From the human T2T-CHM13v2.0 reference genome, Homo sapiens: a stretch of 64,000 bases of DNA. Both the position numbers and the translations under genes were made by a program. The stretch lies in the NCBI RefSeq assembly GCF_009914755.1, contig NC_060928.1. One strand, 5' to 3'. Each line of letters begins with the position of its first letter. The stretch's first letter is position 1. The notes under the pieces are model-generated. The model made no database searches, had not been told where the DNA came from, and was given only the letters and a program-made list of their open reading frames with translations. This document shows, in pieces, positions 24,786 through 38,646 of the stretch.

Positions 24786-25818
24786 ATTTGTTAACCTAGA
24801 TTCCTAAAGATTTCTTCTGTGTTTTTGTGGCTTCATAGTTAATGATTTGAGCCCTAAGGCTTCCAAACTCTGCCAATTAGTTTGTCTGAGTAATGAACAC
24901 ATTCAAAGTTGAAGCCTCTTACAAGTTCCTTTGAAGAACATGAACAGATAATGTATTTTCCATCTTTGTCTTGCAGACTCATTCAAACAGACCCTTCCTT
25001 GAGCCTTTAGATTTCCTCTTCTACAGCTTTCCTACGGCAGTCTGGTATCTCTCCTTTATTTCCCACAGGCCACTGCATTCAAGAGCCATCTCTGCAGCAT
25101 TTTAGAATCAATTCCTGAAGCTCTGTCCAAAATGTTAACTCCTCATAATGAAAGATTTTGCACTATCTGGTTCCCACTTTGATCCAACAGCCAAAATACC
25201 TACTCCAAGGCATTCTCTTTTCATTCATGCCAATACACACAGCCTGACTTTTCCTACTGTACTGTCAGTTAATAATTGTCTATGACCCACAGCAAGACTG
25301 AAGATAGCTTGCATAAATATATGGCTTCCACTTGGCTGAGGTTAATTCCTTCCAGAAGAGGGAAGCTGATATCACTTTCAACACTGAGTGATAAACAGCT
25401 GGGAAAGGGGCCCTGGGCAGGCACAAGCAGCATTCATTTTACTCTGTATCCACTAGAGAAGGTAACAGTTACATGCATAAAGTAAGACACTCCCCAATCT
25501 CCATTCTTCTGTATACTCTGTTGCAAAATTATTACTAGAAATAAAAGTTTTAAACCTTCATACATTCTGAATTTCATGTCTCTGATGCTATATATTGTAA
25601 GGCTATATTAATACAAACTGCAGCACATCCCTTAGCAATAGTGTCATACTGTAAGAGTTATCTTTTGTAATTTCCTTTTATTTATGCCATTTAATGCCAG
25701 GAAATTCCTACTTAGCAGTTCTCTCTGACTTGCAGAGTAGAAGCCATCTTATCTGACACTTAGGATAAAATAATTGATTGGTTATTTGAAATTGTTATTT
25801 GAAGTAACATAGTAGAAA

Positions 25819-26688
25819 TGAGGTAGGATTATTTCCCTGACCCCTTCGGAGGACTTGCAACAGAGGTGCCTTATTTACTCAGCTCACTGCTCTCAAACCC
25901 TTGCAGGAGGGAGCACGTGAGTGAACAAGGCAGGAAGTGGAATGCATGCATACTGGACCTGCTGACCACTTTGGCACCAGCAGGAGCAAACTCCCTGCGG
26001 GCCCCACAATGGCGTCCAGGTAGGGGGTGCCTGCAAGCACTGAAACACCAGAGGGCATGTTACAGTGCTCTTTTAGCTCTGCTGTCCATGGATGGCTTAA
26101 GTGTTAACAGCTCAGTGAGCCCTTTGCCTTGTCACATGGGGTGGCTGCCCTCCACTACGAGGGCAAAGGGCCAATGTGACAGGCTTTTGTATCTACACTT
26201 GGTGGCTCCCGAACTCTTGTCCAGCATTTAGAAAAAATGAGGTCATGTGAACAAGTTGAAGGATGGTAAATGTGGGGGATTTTATTGCTGGTGTAAGTGA
26301 TTCTCAGCAGGAAGTGGGGCTGAAAAGGGGATGGGATAGGGGGTAGGTAATCTTCCCCTGAAGTCCAGCCATCCCTGGCTGGATTCTTTGAAGTTACACA
26401 GTAAAGCTGTCCCTCTGAGGTCAAGCCGCTTTTCTCTGATGTCCAGCTGTAGTCCCCAGTGTCCAGCTGCTTCTCCTCTCTGTTGATTGAGTCTGGGGGT
26501 CTTTATAGGCACAGGATGCGGTGGTGTGGGGCATGGGTGGTTTAGGAAAAGACAACATTCTAGCAGGAAAACAGAGATATAAGTTCCCACTTAGGACCGC
26601 AGTTTCAGGCTTTTCGGCAAGAGGATGGGGTTTTTGCCGGGGACCTGGCCCTTTCTGACCAGAATTTCTTTGCCCTCTGTCCCTATCA
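25819..26688 (-). mobile_element. LTR1-family (ERV1) solo LTR
   Basis: Reverse complement starts tgatagggacagagggcaaagaaattctgg...ccccggcaaa; TG...CA ends; flanks gaaa/gtaa (degenerate 4-bp TSD). Confidence 0.75.
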
Positions 26689-26715
26689 GTAAGAATGTAT
26701 AAATCTCTTAAACAT

Positions 26716-27014
26716 TTTATTTTATTTTATTTTGAGTTGGGGTCTTTCTCTGTTACCCAACCTGGAGTGTGGTGGCCCAATCATGGTTAACTGCAGCCTC
26801 AAACTCTTGGGCTTAAGCAAACCTTCTACCTCAGCTTCCTGAGTAGCTGAAACTGCAGATGTGGAGCACCATGCTCGGCTATTTATTTATTTATTTTAGA
26901 AATGAGGTCTCACTATGTTGTCCAGGTCTATCTCAACCTCCTGGCTCCAAGTAATTCTCCCACCTCAGCCTCCCTTGGCACTGGGATTGCAGATGTGAGC
27001 CGCTACACCTGGCC
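26716..27014 (-). mobile_element. AluJ
   Basis: Diverged dimer (cagcctcaaactcttgggcttaagc); TSD taaacattttatttt on both sides. Confidence 0.92.
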
Positions 27015-27980
27015 TTCTAAACATTTTATTTTTATTAAAACATACAATGTACATTTAGTCAATTTAGGGAGAAGGCATTTTCTATGAGGGTGAGGTCTGT
27101 CTCATAGACTACATAGTAAATTTAGTAGTCAGTCTCTACTAAATGCATCCAGTTTTGTTTTCTCAAAAGTGAAGCAGAAAAGGGTCTAATTTAGAAATTT
27201 ATGTATTTTATAAATTTTCCAATCTTTTAGGATTGCCTTATTCACCTTAAATGAGCAGCAACATTTTTAGCAACTCGCTATTACCAAATATTTCCAAAGC
27301 ATTCATAGAAACAACTATCTTTCTTTGTATACTCATTCATTTGTTTATGCAACATTTAATTAAGTTACATAATTACAGTGGCAATTACAATAAAGTAATG
27401 GGTCTTGGGACAAGTATGACTAGCTCTTAGTAAGCATATGATTCAACTGGTAAAAGCAATAGAGCATAGCATAACAGCAATTAGCCCTCTAGCCAAATGC
27501 GTTTAACAAGTCAGTATACTTTATATTATCTGTTCATCTGTAGAGGAAGTTATTTGAAGGTTAAGAGGGCATCTTTTAAGAATACTCTTGTTTTTATCAC
27601 ATTGGAAAATGAAAGTAGTGTTCTGGCTTTCCCTGACTAAGTCAAACTTTTATATCCACAGGTCCCATGTACACTAGCAGAAAAGTATCCTAGGGTCTTT
27701 TTAACTTTACTTTATTGTACAGTTAAAATTTAAAACTTATTATTTATTTGCTAATTTATTTATCTACTTTAGTCCTGAAAACTTTTTTCTTTCAAAATCT
27801 TATAAGCAGTCACAATATATTAAACATAAAATTCTTTTTTATAAAAGAAAAAGGGTCCTCAAGTCTAATTTATTTTAATTTTCATTTGCCAAAGAAAGTG
27901 ACCAATAAGGTGGAGTTGAAAGGAATTCAGTTTGACTCTTATAACTCTAAAGAGTAGTATTCTTTCTTTCTCTCTCTCTC

Positions 27981-28095
27981 TTTTTTTAATTAGAGACAGG
28001 ATCTCACTATGTTGCCTAGGCTGGTCTCGAACTCTTGGGCTCACCTTGGGCTCCCAACGTGCTGGGATTACAGGCATGAGCCAGCATGCTCAGCC
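27981..28095 (-). mobile_element. FLAM/Alu left monomer with internal deletion
   Basis: gagacaggatctcactatgttgcctaggctggtctcgaactc...gctgggattacaggcatgagcc. Confidence 0.85.
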
Positions 28096-29379
28096 AAGTC
28101 TTCTTTTTCATTTCTTCAATTTATGTTATATGTTGTCTTTAGAATACTATGCCTTTTATAGGTTCAGCTCTCTTATACCAAATTTTTTTTTCTTTAATAA
28201 ACAGTGGTGTTAAAAGCTGCATGGCTGCTAGAAATCTTCTTTGAGTAATTTCTCACTACCTTCACTTCTAAACTGAACACAAAAATAACCAGAGAAGAAT
28301 GACCAATCATTTTAAGTGTGGACTTTATAATGCTGTCTACAGCAGCTTTCCTTCTGAATTAAGTGTTCCTCTTTTAACTCTGGCCTTGAAAGCTCAGTCT
28401 AAATATCGTAAAACACGTGGCATCAAGGGTTGGAATCTGTGCACTCTAGATCTTCAATGTCCTTTAGGTCTAAGACAAAGAGTATTTTATAGCTTTGCAC
28501 TCAGATGGCCACAATTCTGACTTTAGCAAAATTGGATTATTGCACCATGTAATGAGTATAATAAGGAAGGAATAGCTGTGAATTGCTGTTCAAAATTTTT
28601 CAGAGGAGACAGCATTCAAGAAAGGCTCCTGGCTTTAGAATCATAGAATTTTCAGACTACAAAAGGCCTTAGAAATCACTGATTTCCCAGAGGTAGCAAG
28701 TGACCTAACCATATCACTAGTAAAATGCACAAACTGTAAATTTCCTTAGATCTTATTTTAGTCCTCCTTCCTCAATGCAAATGGACCACATCTTTTTATT
28801 GTCATTGTCATTCTTGGATTCCTCTGTGAACATAAAGAAAATCATGAGTCCACTTCTTGAAAAAATACACATATACCAACATATAACATCATCTTATTAG
28901 AATCTCAATTTACTTGTCTGTGGATTACAGCCTGAGGATGAGAGAAGACTTTGCTTCCTTAAGGTGCCTGTGAAAGAGCAGATTGTAAGTTTAATCTATT
29001 TTTGGTAAGATATATAGTGCTAAGATGTTTAAGGACACTAATTTTTCTGCATTACAGAAAAGTAAGGTATACAGAAAAGTAAGCTCACATTTCCACAGGG
29101 ATTAGCTTGCAGTGCTATAAATTAGATCAGCATTCCAGGAACAAATAACAGAGTTAGTTACTTGTATTGTGACCAAGATTAACACTTTCCTAGGTATATT
29201 TTCTTAAAATTCTACCAATAAAGATACTTTTAGGAAAAATAAAACATGAAGCATATTCTAACAGATGAGTTTTTAAAAAGGTAGTTACAAAGCAGTTCAA
29301 GATTGAAACATAACTTTGCAACCTAAATTTGTCAATTCTTTAATGAAATAATCACAGCTATGAAGAAATTCATCAAATC

Positions 29380-30020
29380 AGAAAACAGTAAGTCTTGTAA
29401 AAGATGGTCAGTGATGATGACATAATATTAGGAAGAAAAAAAACACAAAATAATGGAGGATATCAAATAATTAAAACTGAAAAAATATTTAAAAGTATAA
29501 TCCAGAAATTTTCCAGAAATAAAAGAAAGTTTCTATCTATAAAGTGAAAAGGCACACCATGTCCTTGGGAATACTAAAATTTGTAACACTGAAATACAGT
29601 CCAGTAAAATTGGACTTAAGAGTTAAGGAAAGAATCATTGAACAAACAAGTGAAAAGAACAAATCACATACAAAAGATAATAAATCAGGTAAGCATTAAA
29701 CTTCTCCCAATCATCTATCAATATAAAAAGACTGAGGAGTGCTTGAACCCGGGAGGCATAGGTTGCAGTGAGCTGAGATCGCACCACTGCACTCCAGCCT
29801 GGATGACAGAGTGAGACTCAGTCTCAAAAAAAAAAAAAAAAAAAAGGCTGAAGAATAATACTTACAGGCTATTTTCTCTATTTCAGAGAAAAAAATATGA
29901 GTCAAGGGTGTTATATTCAGCCAACTTATTACATATAAACACTGTACACAGTTTTGAATAGAAAAGAGCTCAGAAAATATTATTCACAGGAGCCTGTTCT
30001 GAGAAAACTGGAGGACAAGC
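29380..30020 (+). mobile_element. Ancient L1 (L1ME/HAL1-like) ORF1 region
   Basis: gaaattttccagaaat...gaaaaggcacaccatgtcc...aaatcacatacaaaag...aatcagg...aacttctc resembles L1 ORF1. Confidence 0.6.
29740..29845 (+). mobile_element. 5'-truncated Alu (3' part of right arm)
   Basis: gcttgaacccgggagg...gactcagtctc plus poly-A; degenerate TSD aaaagactgaggag/aaaaggctgaagaa. Confidence 0.9.
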
Positions 30021-32090
30021 TCTTGCAATACTTGAAAGATGTCACTCCACTCTATTTTTGATTACATGATTTCTAAAAGTAGGTTTGAGATCATTTTTAT
30101 CCTTGCTCCTCTATCAGTAAGGTTTTATTCAGTTTGGGTTTTGTTTTCCTCTGGTTTCTTTAAAGAGTGTTGTCTTTGTCAATTTGTTTGAGTTCATTGT
30201 AGATTCTGGATATTAGCCCTTTGTCACAAATTTACAAGAAAAAAACAAACAACCCCATCAAAAAGCAGGCGAAGGATATGAACAGACACTTCTCAAAAGA
30301 AGACATTTATGCAGCCAAAAAACACATGAAAAAATGCTCATCATCACTGGCCATCAGAGAAATGTAAGTCAAAACCACAATGTGATACCATCTCACACCA
30401 GTTAGAATGGCGATCATTAAAAAGTCAGGAAACAACAGGTGCCGGAGAGGATGTGGAGAAATGGAAACACTCTTACACTGGTGGTGGGACTGTAAACTAG
30501 TTCAACCATTGTGGAAGTCAGTGTGGCAATTCCTCAGGGATCTAGAACTAGAAATACCATTTGACCCAGCCATCCCATTACTGGGTATATACCCAAAGGA
30601 TTATAAATCATGCTGCTATAAAGACACATACACACGTATGTTTATTGCGGCACTATTCACAATAGCAAAGACTTGGAACCAACCCAAATGTCCAACAACG
30701 ATAGACTGGATTAAGAAAATGTGGCACATATACACCATGGAATACTACGCAGCCATAAAAAAGGATGAGTTCATGTCCTTTGTAGGGACATGGATGAAAC
30801 TGGAAACCATCATTTTCAGCAAACTATCGGAAGGACAAAAAACCAAACACTGCATGTTCTCACTCATAGGTGGGAATTGAACAATGAGAACACATGGACA
30901 CAGGAAGGGGAACATCACACACCGGGGACTGTTGTGGGGTGGGGGGAGAGGGGAGGGATAGCATTGGGAGATATACCTAATGCTAAATTACGAGTTGATG
31001 GGTGCAGCACACCAACATGGCACGTGTATACATATGTAACAAGCCTGCACATTGTGCACATGTACCCTAAAATTTAAAGTATAATAATAATAAATTTTTT
31101 TTTAAAAAAAGAGTGTTGTCTTTGTCTTGTATTTTCTGCAGTTTGCATGTGATATTCTTAGGTATAGATTTTTTTTAGTATTTGTCCTGTATATTGTTAT
31201 TCGAGCTTCTGGGATCTGTGTTTTGGTGTCTATCATTAACTTTGGAATATTCTCAGTCATTACTGCTTCAAACATTCATTCTGTTGCTTTTTCTCTTCTG
31301 GTATTATCATTACACATATATCACACCTTTTGTAATTCTCCCACAGTTCATAGATATTCTGTTGTATTTATTTATTTTTTCTCTTTGCCTTTTAGTTTTA
31401 GAGATTTCTATTGACATCACTTAAAGATGATTGATGAGTTGATGAGAATTGAGAGAATTGATGAGAATTGTTGATGAGAATTATTCATTTGTGTTAGTGT
31501 TTTTCATTTCTGCCATTGTCTTTTGATTTTTAGAGCTTCCATCTCTCTGCTTACATTACCCATCTGTTCTTGCATGTCGCCAACTTCTTCTAGTAGAGCA
31601 CTTAGCATATTGCGTTTGTTTTAAATTCTCAATCTCATAATTCCAACATCTGAGTTTGGTTCTGATGCTTGCTCTGTCTCATCAAACTGTATTTTCTTCC
31701 TCTTTTAGTTCACTTTGTAATTTCTTACTGAAAGACAGACATGATGCACTAGATAAAAGGAACTGAGATTAAAAAAAAAAAGGCCTTCAGTGGGAGGCTT
31801 TGTGTTTATATGGCTAGGAGTTAAGCTGTTTTTATTCTTTCCTGAAGTCGTACATTTCAGAAACTAAAATTTCCTCTGGTTGTTTATGTCTTCCCTGTTG
31901 TCTGTTGGTTTCCCTAAAGACTGTTTCCCTGAGACAGGCAGTTCTTTTTGTTGTATTCTATTGTTCTTAGACATAAGCCTTTGGAACTAGTTCCACCAGA
32001 GGTTGCTGCTCATGGGCTTTTGCTCTATTAAGCTGTGACTGGCTGTATCCACCTGTCTCTCCAGTTTTTGGGGCAGTGGTTTGCTGGCAG
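30021..32090 (-). mobile_element. Old L1M ORF1/5' region, interrupted by an L1PA
   Basis: tacttgaaagatgtcactccactc... resumes after 31126 (ttttctgcagtttg...tttggaatattctcagtcatt). Confidence 0.65.
30181..31107 (+). mobile_element. L1PA3/4-like 5'-truncated LINE-1 with short 5' inversion and 19-bp TSD
   Basis: ORF 30407-30880 is the ORF2p C-terminus (..HCMFSLIGGN); L1PA 3'UTR; TSD aaagagtgttgtctttgtc at 30162-30180 and 31108-31126. Confidence 0.97.
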
Positions 32091-32574
32091 CAGGGTAGAA
32101 AAAAAGCTTTTTCAAAAAAATGGATAACTTGGGAAATTTTTACAAAGGAATGATAGTGATCATTGAATATATTTATCCAGATTCTAAGAATAATATAGGA
32201 ATGATACAAAAATTGAAGCCAAGAGAAGAATGAGAGATAAGGCAGAAAATAAAATAAGCATAACAATTGCTACATACGTAGTAAGTTAAAGACAGAGGTT
32301 ACTATTTAAATCTGAAGTATCATTTAGCATGAGCATAAACGTATTTAACAATAGAAAAATATCAAGAAAAGTAATACAATGGGCTAAAATTAGGTGGAAG
32401 TGGAGAAAGTAGTAGATACCTTTATTATTGCTTATTATAAAGAAAAATAGGTATTGTACAAAGGAGGAGGACTGGAATAAACATTACAAAAATATAGGAT
32501 TATAGCTAAGGATAAGCACTAGAATTAAAATAAAGATCTTTCTAAATATCAAAAATTACATTTTAAAAAGATAA

Positions 32575-33350
32575 TTTAAGGCTTCAAAATTTCTCTGAAA
32601 AATGGCCCTTAACCTATATCTCACAGGTTTTTCTGGTTAACATTTCCATTATCATGTTCTAACATTTTAAAATTCCTATTACATTATATATGTGTGTGTA
32701 TATATATACACACACACACACTTTTATATATATATATATACACACACAGTTTATATATATATTATATTTTTTACTTTGGGTTATTTAGAATGAAAGAGTT
32801 TTGCTAAATTTAAACTACATTGGAATAAATTTATTCATTATTTTGTAATTTAATTCTAACTTCAGTGTGTTGTGATCAGAAGCATGGTCTGAAAATTTAT
32901 TATTTAAAGTCTGAGACCCACTTTAACATGGTTCATTTTTACGTGTTCTGTATATGCATTGAGATCATATGGGCCATCTCCAACTGATGGGTCCAAGTTG
33001 ATTAAATTAGCTTTTTAAATTGTGCATCTACACCTCTTCTATTTTTTCTAAAATTTCTTTTTGAAATGTTAATAATTGTGAAAAGTATGTGAAATTTCCT
33101 AAAATAATGTGATTTTGTCAATTGTTCCGTTTAGCTCTCTTGAATATGCTCTCTAGATATCAAAATTATTCTATTGGTTTTATATTACATAAAATCATTA
33201 AATCTCTCTGGTGAATTAAACTTTTACCTTTTCCATAATAATGCCATCTCCTTCAAGTCTATTTTTCCTGACACAATACACCCCCGTGCTTTGTTTTGGT
33301 TTGTATTTGCCAAGATTATTTTATTTCATCTTTTATTTTCAACATTTCAA
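32575..33350 (-). mobile_element. Ancient L1M ORF2 (endonuclease region) fragment
   Basis: ttctaacttcagtgtgttgtgatcaga...catggttcattttt...gtgaaatttcc...caagtctattttt. Confidence 0.6.
32686..32766. repeat. Mixed (TA)n/(TG)n/(CA)n microsatellite
   Basis: Directly visible. Confidence 0.9.
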
Positions 33351-33416
33351 TGAAATGTTGTTGTTTTTTGTTATTGTGTTTTGTCTGTTTGGTGGGCTGG
33401 CTAATTAGTTTGGTTA

Positions 33417-33735
<319 letters not shown>

Positions 33736-33789
33736 TGAGACGAGGATAACAGATTCCTCTTCTCCTAGAATTTCTTTACACTATTTAAT

Positions 33790-34260
33790 TTTCATCAAAT
33801 CTATCCCCCAATTCAATTTCTCACAATTATCTATCTGTTCTTCATTCTTACAATTTTGCCTTTTCCAGATTTTATATTAGTGTCATCATATAGTATGTAA
33901 CATTCTGACTTAGGTTACTTTCATGTAGTATAACGCATTCAAAAGCCCTCCAAATTATTGCATGTATCGATAATTCTTTTTACTGATGAGTTATAGTCTA
34001 CTGTACTGTATGGATGTAATAGTGGTTTATCCATTCATCAGTTGAAGAATTTAGGGGTTATTTTTAGTTTGGGGCCATTATGAGTACAGTTGATATAAAC
34101 ATATGTATTTTGTGTAAATACAGTTTTCTTTCTCCAGGGTTAATACATAGGAGTGAGACTGCTAAATCTAATGATAATTTTTTTTAATTTTTAAGAAACT
34201 ATGAAACTCTTTCTCAGAGTGGCTGTACTATTTTGCATTCCCACCAGTAACTCCAAGTAA
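33790..34260 (-). mobile_element. L1MC/ME 3' fragment
   Basis: tttatccattcatcagttgaag...gagtggctgtactattttgcattcccaccag. Confidence 0.75.
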
Positions 34261-35845
34261 TCCAATCTTAAGCATTTTTTTCTCAACGAAATATTACAAA
34301 TTAAACTGTAACAATTATTCTTCTTGTATACTTACAACATTCATACTGCATGCAGAAAGAACATACTAGACAAAGAATTGAGCCATTCTGGTAAATGATA
34401 AATCAACTGTGGTGTTTCAGCTACTTTCTGCTTTTTATTTTAATTTTGTCATTATGAGGGTGCCATGTTTCTCAATTCCAAATGGCACCATTCACATCTT
34501 ACTCTATGGAATTTTGTCCTGATTTTTGTTTTTACATCTTCAGTGAATGTACACAATGAGCAGAACCATCATGCAGTGTGTTTGTAATTTTCATTAACCT
34601 ATTATCACAGTATAGTATCAAAGGAAATAAGAAAATCAAAAATAATTTCTAAAACCAAGTTAGAGCCTTTTCAATGTATGTATAAAACAAATTTTCACAG
34701 CAGCATAAAATTATTTTTCAAAGCATGATTACAAAAAATCAGTACTATATGATGTTAATATCTTTAATTTGGGATGTTCAGTGAAAGGGAGAATCTTTAG
34801 TTAAATAAGTTTAGAATAATGTATTTAACCATATCTTGCTCCACTTCTTGTACTACTCAGATATTTTAATATGTTATATTAAAGAGAGAGCTAGCTAACA
34901 GATCGTTTTTCAAGCCTATTTTATCATTGGATTCTGCTTAAGAATTTCATAGAAACTTTTGAGCTTGCTGCTATAAGGAAATCAGAGAGAACCATTAAAG
35001 GAAAACTTATAGTAGCATTTGTTCCAGGTGAGCAGTTATTATCTGGCTCAATTTAATGTAGATCATCTGAGAATGGCATTACAAATTGAATGTAAAATAG
35101 AAAGTACCTACAGGAAGAAAATGGGTTAGTTAGAACATTTTTATAAAGAGAGGGCATTTGTAGATAGCACCGATGCATAACAGGTCATAACCAAGTGTCT
35201 GAAACCATTTACAGAATAGTTAGCATCTTAAGAACTCTGGCTTTACATGACATTTCTGTTGACACTTTCTATTATCTATAAGACTTCTATAGACCGACAA
35301 GAGATAACTCTTAGAAAAGCAAGGATTCTCTATCCCTTTCCCGCTAACTCACACACCCAGAGTGTCTGAGGTGTTAAACCTATTATGTTCAATTCAAGTG
35401 GTAGTTTTTTTAAGTATTGTAGAGTGTTGCCATGGGAGGCATCACTCCACTCTTAAGACCTAAAGCCTCATTTGTGGAAGAGTGAAATGGAGAAAAAAAA
35501 TTAGATGTCTCCATGGATAACCTAGTGCTTTTAACTATACTTCTTAGGTGCTTTGAGCATTAAAAAAAGGGAAAAAAAGGTTTCTACATGGTTTTGTTTG
35601 TTTGGTTGGTTAGTTTTGGCCATGGGCTTGGTAGAGAGCAGCATAGAAATTTGACAATATTTTCTGCCTACAGAAATGTATCACTTTGTATTATGTACTT
35701 GTATTACGGATTTAGAGTTATTTTCAGTTTGGGGCCATTATGAATATAGCTGTTTTGGTGCCATTATGAATACAGCTGCTATAAATACAATTTTCTTTCT
35801 ATATCTGAATATCATTTTGTAGTTTCTGCATTCTACAAGCTTGAT

Positions 35846-35940
35846 GTATCTATCTATCTATCTATCTTCTATCTATCCATCCATCTATCAGTCTTTCTTT
35901 CTATCTATCAATCTATCCATCCATCCATCCTCTCTCTTTG
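35846..35940. repeat. Compound (TCTA)n/(TCCA)n repeat
   Basis: Directly visible. Confidence 0.85.
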
Positions 35941-36431
35941 TATCTCGGCTTTTTATTATAAACCACGATTTATGAAATCAGAAGAGGCAGAAAAACAGGG
36001 CAATGTATTGTCACACACTTCACAAATTCTCTCTCTCTCTCTCTTTCTCACAGACACACAGGCACACAATTTTTATCTAGTTAATGCTGCTCTTGGGTAA
36101 TCAGATCTATTTTCTAAGGTTTATGGAACAGATAAGATACTTTATTATGAAACTCAGCAAAATTGAATGAATTTGTGTTACAGTCCCATCCTCTGAAACT
36201 AAACAACATGTATTTGAAATGCATTTGGAAATGGACTTTAGGATTCAATTCATTGTTTTTTAAGGTAAAGGAACATCCAGACATAACATCGGTTGTAGTT
36301 AATAGCTTTACAGCTCAAAACCAATGCATATTTTCATTTTTCTCCCAATGTTCCTATTACAGTAACAAACCCAAGGCCTTGCTTTATGATTCTTTAACTT
36401 TCATCCTCTGATTGCTTTAACAGTCCAGTTC

Positions 36432-36703
<272 letters not shown>

Positions 36704-36896
36704 TTAACATTAACAATAAGGAAAAAATAAGCAGTTGGAGACTAGCTTAAATAGAGGGCTAAAAATTTACATATTTTTCACAATAGCTATTGAGGCTCAC
36801 TTTTAAAACTCTTTGTGAATGATATACTTACCTTTTACTTAAAATTTCACAGTGAATATTAACCACCAATACATGAGCAGCTACCAATAGTATGTG

Positions 36897-37573
36897 TGTT
36901 AGCAGCAGCAAATCCATATGTATCTGCAGCAACCTCAATTCCTGCTTCCTCAGAAGAAAGAATTTGACTGAAGGGCATAAGGCAGGAGAGACCCAGGCAA
37001 GCTTGAGAGCAGGAGTAAGTTTATTTAAAAGCTTTAGAACAGTAATGAAAGGAAATAAATTACACTTGGAAGAGGGCCAAATAGGTGACCTGAGAGATCA
37101 TGTGCATGGTGCACCGTTTGAACTTTGACTTAGGATCTTATATGTTAGCATATTTCCAGGGTCTTGCATCCCTTCTCTGATTGTTTCCTTGGGGTGCAGC
37201 AGCCTGCAAGTGCTTGGGAGAAACTGCGTGTGCAGTGTGTTTACTAGAGTTGTACACATGCTCATTTGAGGAGTTTTTCCCTTACCAGTACAGTGTTCCT
37301 AGAGAAAGGTTATCTGCCATTTTGCCTCTTAGTGAGCATGCTTTAGCCCACTCTCTCAACTCCTGAGATCTTATTGGGAAGCTACTGATCACCAGTTTCA
37401 GGTGTTTCTATTGATTGGGAGACTGCCTTTCCCTGGTGTTGGCTGTGACCAATTATTAATGTAGAGAAACAGTGTAACAACTGCCTGACCACCTGATGGT
37501 TGCCTGACATTCCTGGTGGAAAGGGGAGCCCTCTCCTGCCCTGTGCATGACTGACTAGCTACCTACTGTAACA
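36897..37573 (-). mobile_element. MER50-like ERV1 solo LTR
   Basis: Reverse complement starts tgttacagtaggtagctagtcag...agggcaggagaggg; TG...CA ends. Confidence 0.8.
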
Positions 37574-37719
37574 TATTCATCATTAAAATTACAATTAGTA
37601 ATAAGTTAATAATAAGTTGAAGTTGGGGAAGGGAGACAGCAAATGTGCCTTTAATTTTTAATATTTTTCTTATGTTGAATTGCCAAGTGGGAAGAATATA
37701 TTTCTTTCTAGCATCAATT

Positions 37720-37975
37720 ATTTAAAAAGACAATTAAAATAGGTAAACTACAGGCAAGATCATCCAAATAAATAAAAAGAGAGAAGACACAAATAACCAA
37801 AATTAGGAATGAAGAAAGAGAAATGATTCTACCACAACAGACATTTGAAAAGCAGTAAATAGTATTATGAATTTTTATGCCACGAAGTTTGAAAACTGGG
37901 TAAAACAGCAATTTCCCAGAAAAACAATTTGTAGAAATTAGCTAAACAAGAAATATAAAACTGAATAACCCTGAA
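37720..37975 (+). mobile_element. Old L1 ORF2 fragment
   Basis: aaaagagagaagacacaaataaccaaaattaggaatgaa...actaccacaacagac-like...tttatgcca. Confidence 0.7.
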
Positions 37976-37994
37976 TTTTAGATGGGTCAGAAAA

Positions 37995-38418
37995 ATGCTC
38001 CACAAGATCTTTATTTCCCAGCAACACTTTGAAGATAGTAGTGTCTGTGTGACACTTTTCTGGCTAATGAGTTAAAAGCAGATGTTTGGTGAGTCACCTG
38101 AGATAGTTCCAAAAAAATAAAAAATAAAAGGGGGCAGATTATTTTCAGATGTACCTTTTCTTCTTTGTCTTCTTATGCCCAGAATGGGGACATAAGACTT
38201 GGGTAGAGCAGCTATCCAGGAACCAGTAAGTGACAAAAATAAAGATGACTGAATAGAAAATAGTAGGAGCCTGGAGCCCAGATGGCTTTATGATGCTGCT
38301 TCAGCTCTGCACTTCTTACCTCTTCTGAGGTTCCCATTGAGAAGAATTAGTCCCCTGATATGTTTGAGCCACTTTCTTGTTGGTTTCCTCCTCATCAAAC
38401 ACAATTCCTAACTAATAG
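37995..38418 (+). mobile_element. MLT1J/K-like LTR
   Basis: gtgacacttttctggctaatgag...ggagcctggagcccagatgg...tgtttgagccact...ttcctaactaata. Confidence 0.65.
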
Positions 38419-38603
38419 ATGTAGCATGTATTCGTATCCTTAATCTCCCTAATTTTTTTTATAGTTTTTTTTGTGTTTTACTAGTTTTTGGTTTTGTTTT
38501 GTTTTGATGTTTGTTTTGTTTGTTTGTTTGGCTGGCTTTTGTTTTTCTTTTTTGTATGATGTTAAAATAGCTATATGATCATTGTTTTGTTTTGAAATCA
38601 TGC

Positions 38604-38607
<4 letters not shown>

Positions 38608-38644
<37 letters not shown>
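38608..38644. repeat. (CA)n microsatellite
   Basis: Directly visible. Confidence 0.95.

Positions 38645-38646
<2 letters not shown>

Noticed and set aside
30407-30880. 157-aa ORF as a host gene
   Set aside because: It is the C-terminus of L1 ORF2p in a 5'-truncated copy
32691-32716. Perfect palindrome tgtgtgtgtatatatatacacacaca
   Set aside because: A trivial product of adjacent dinucleotide microsatellites
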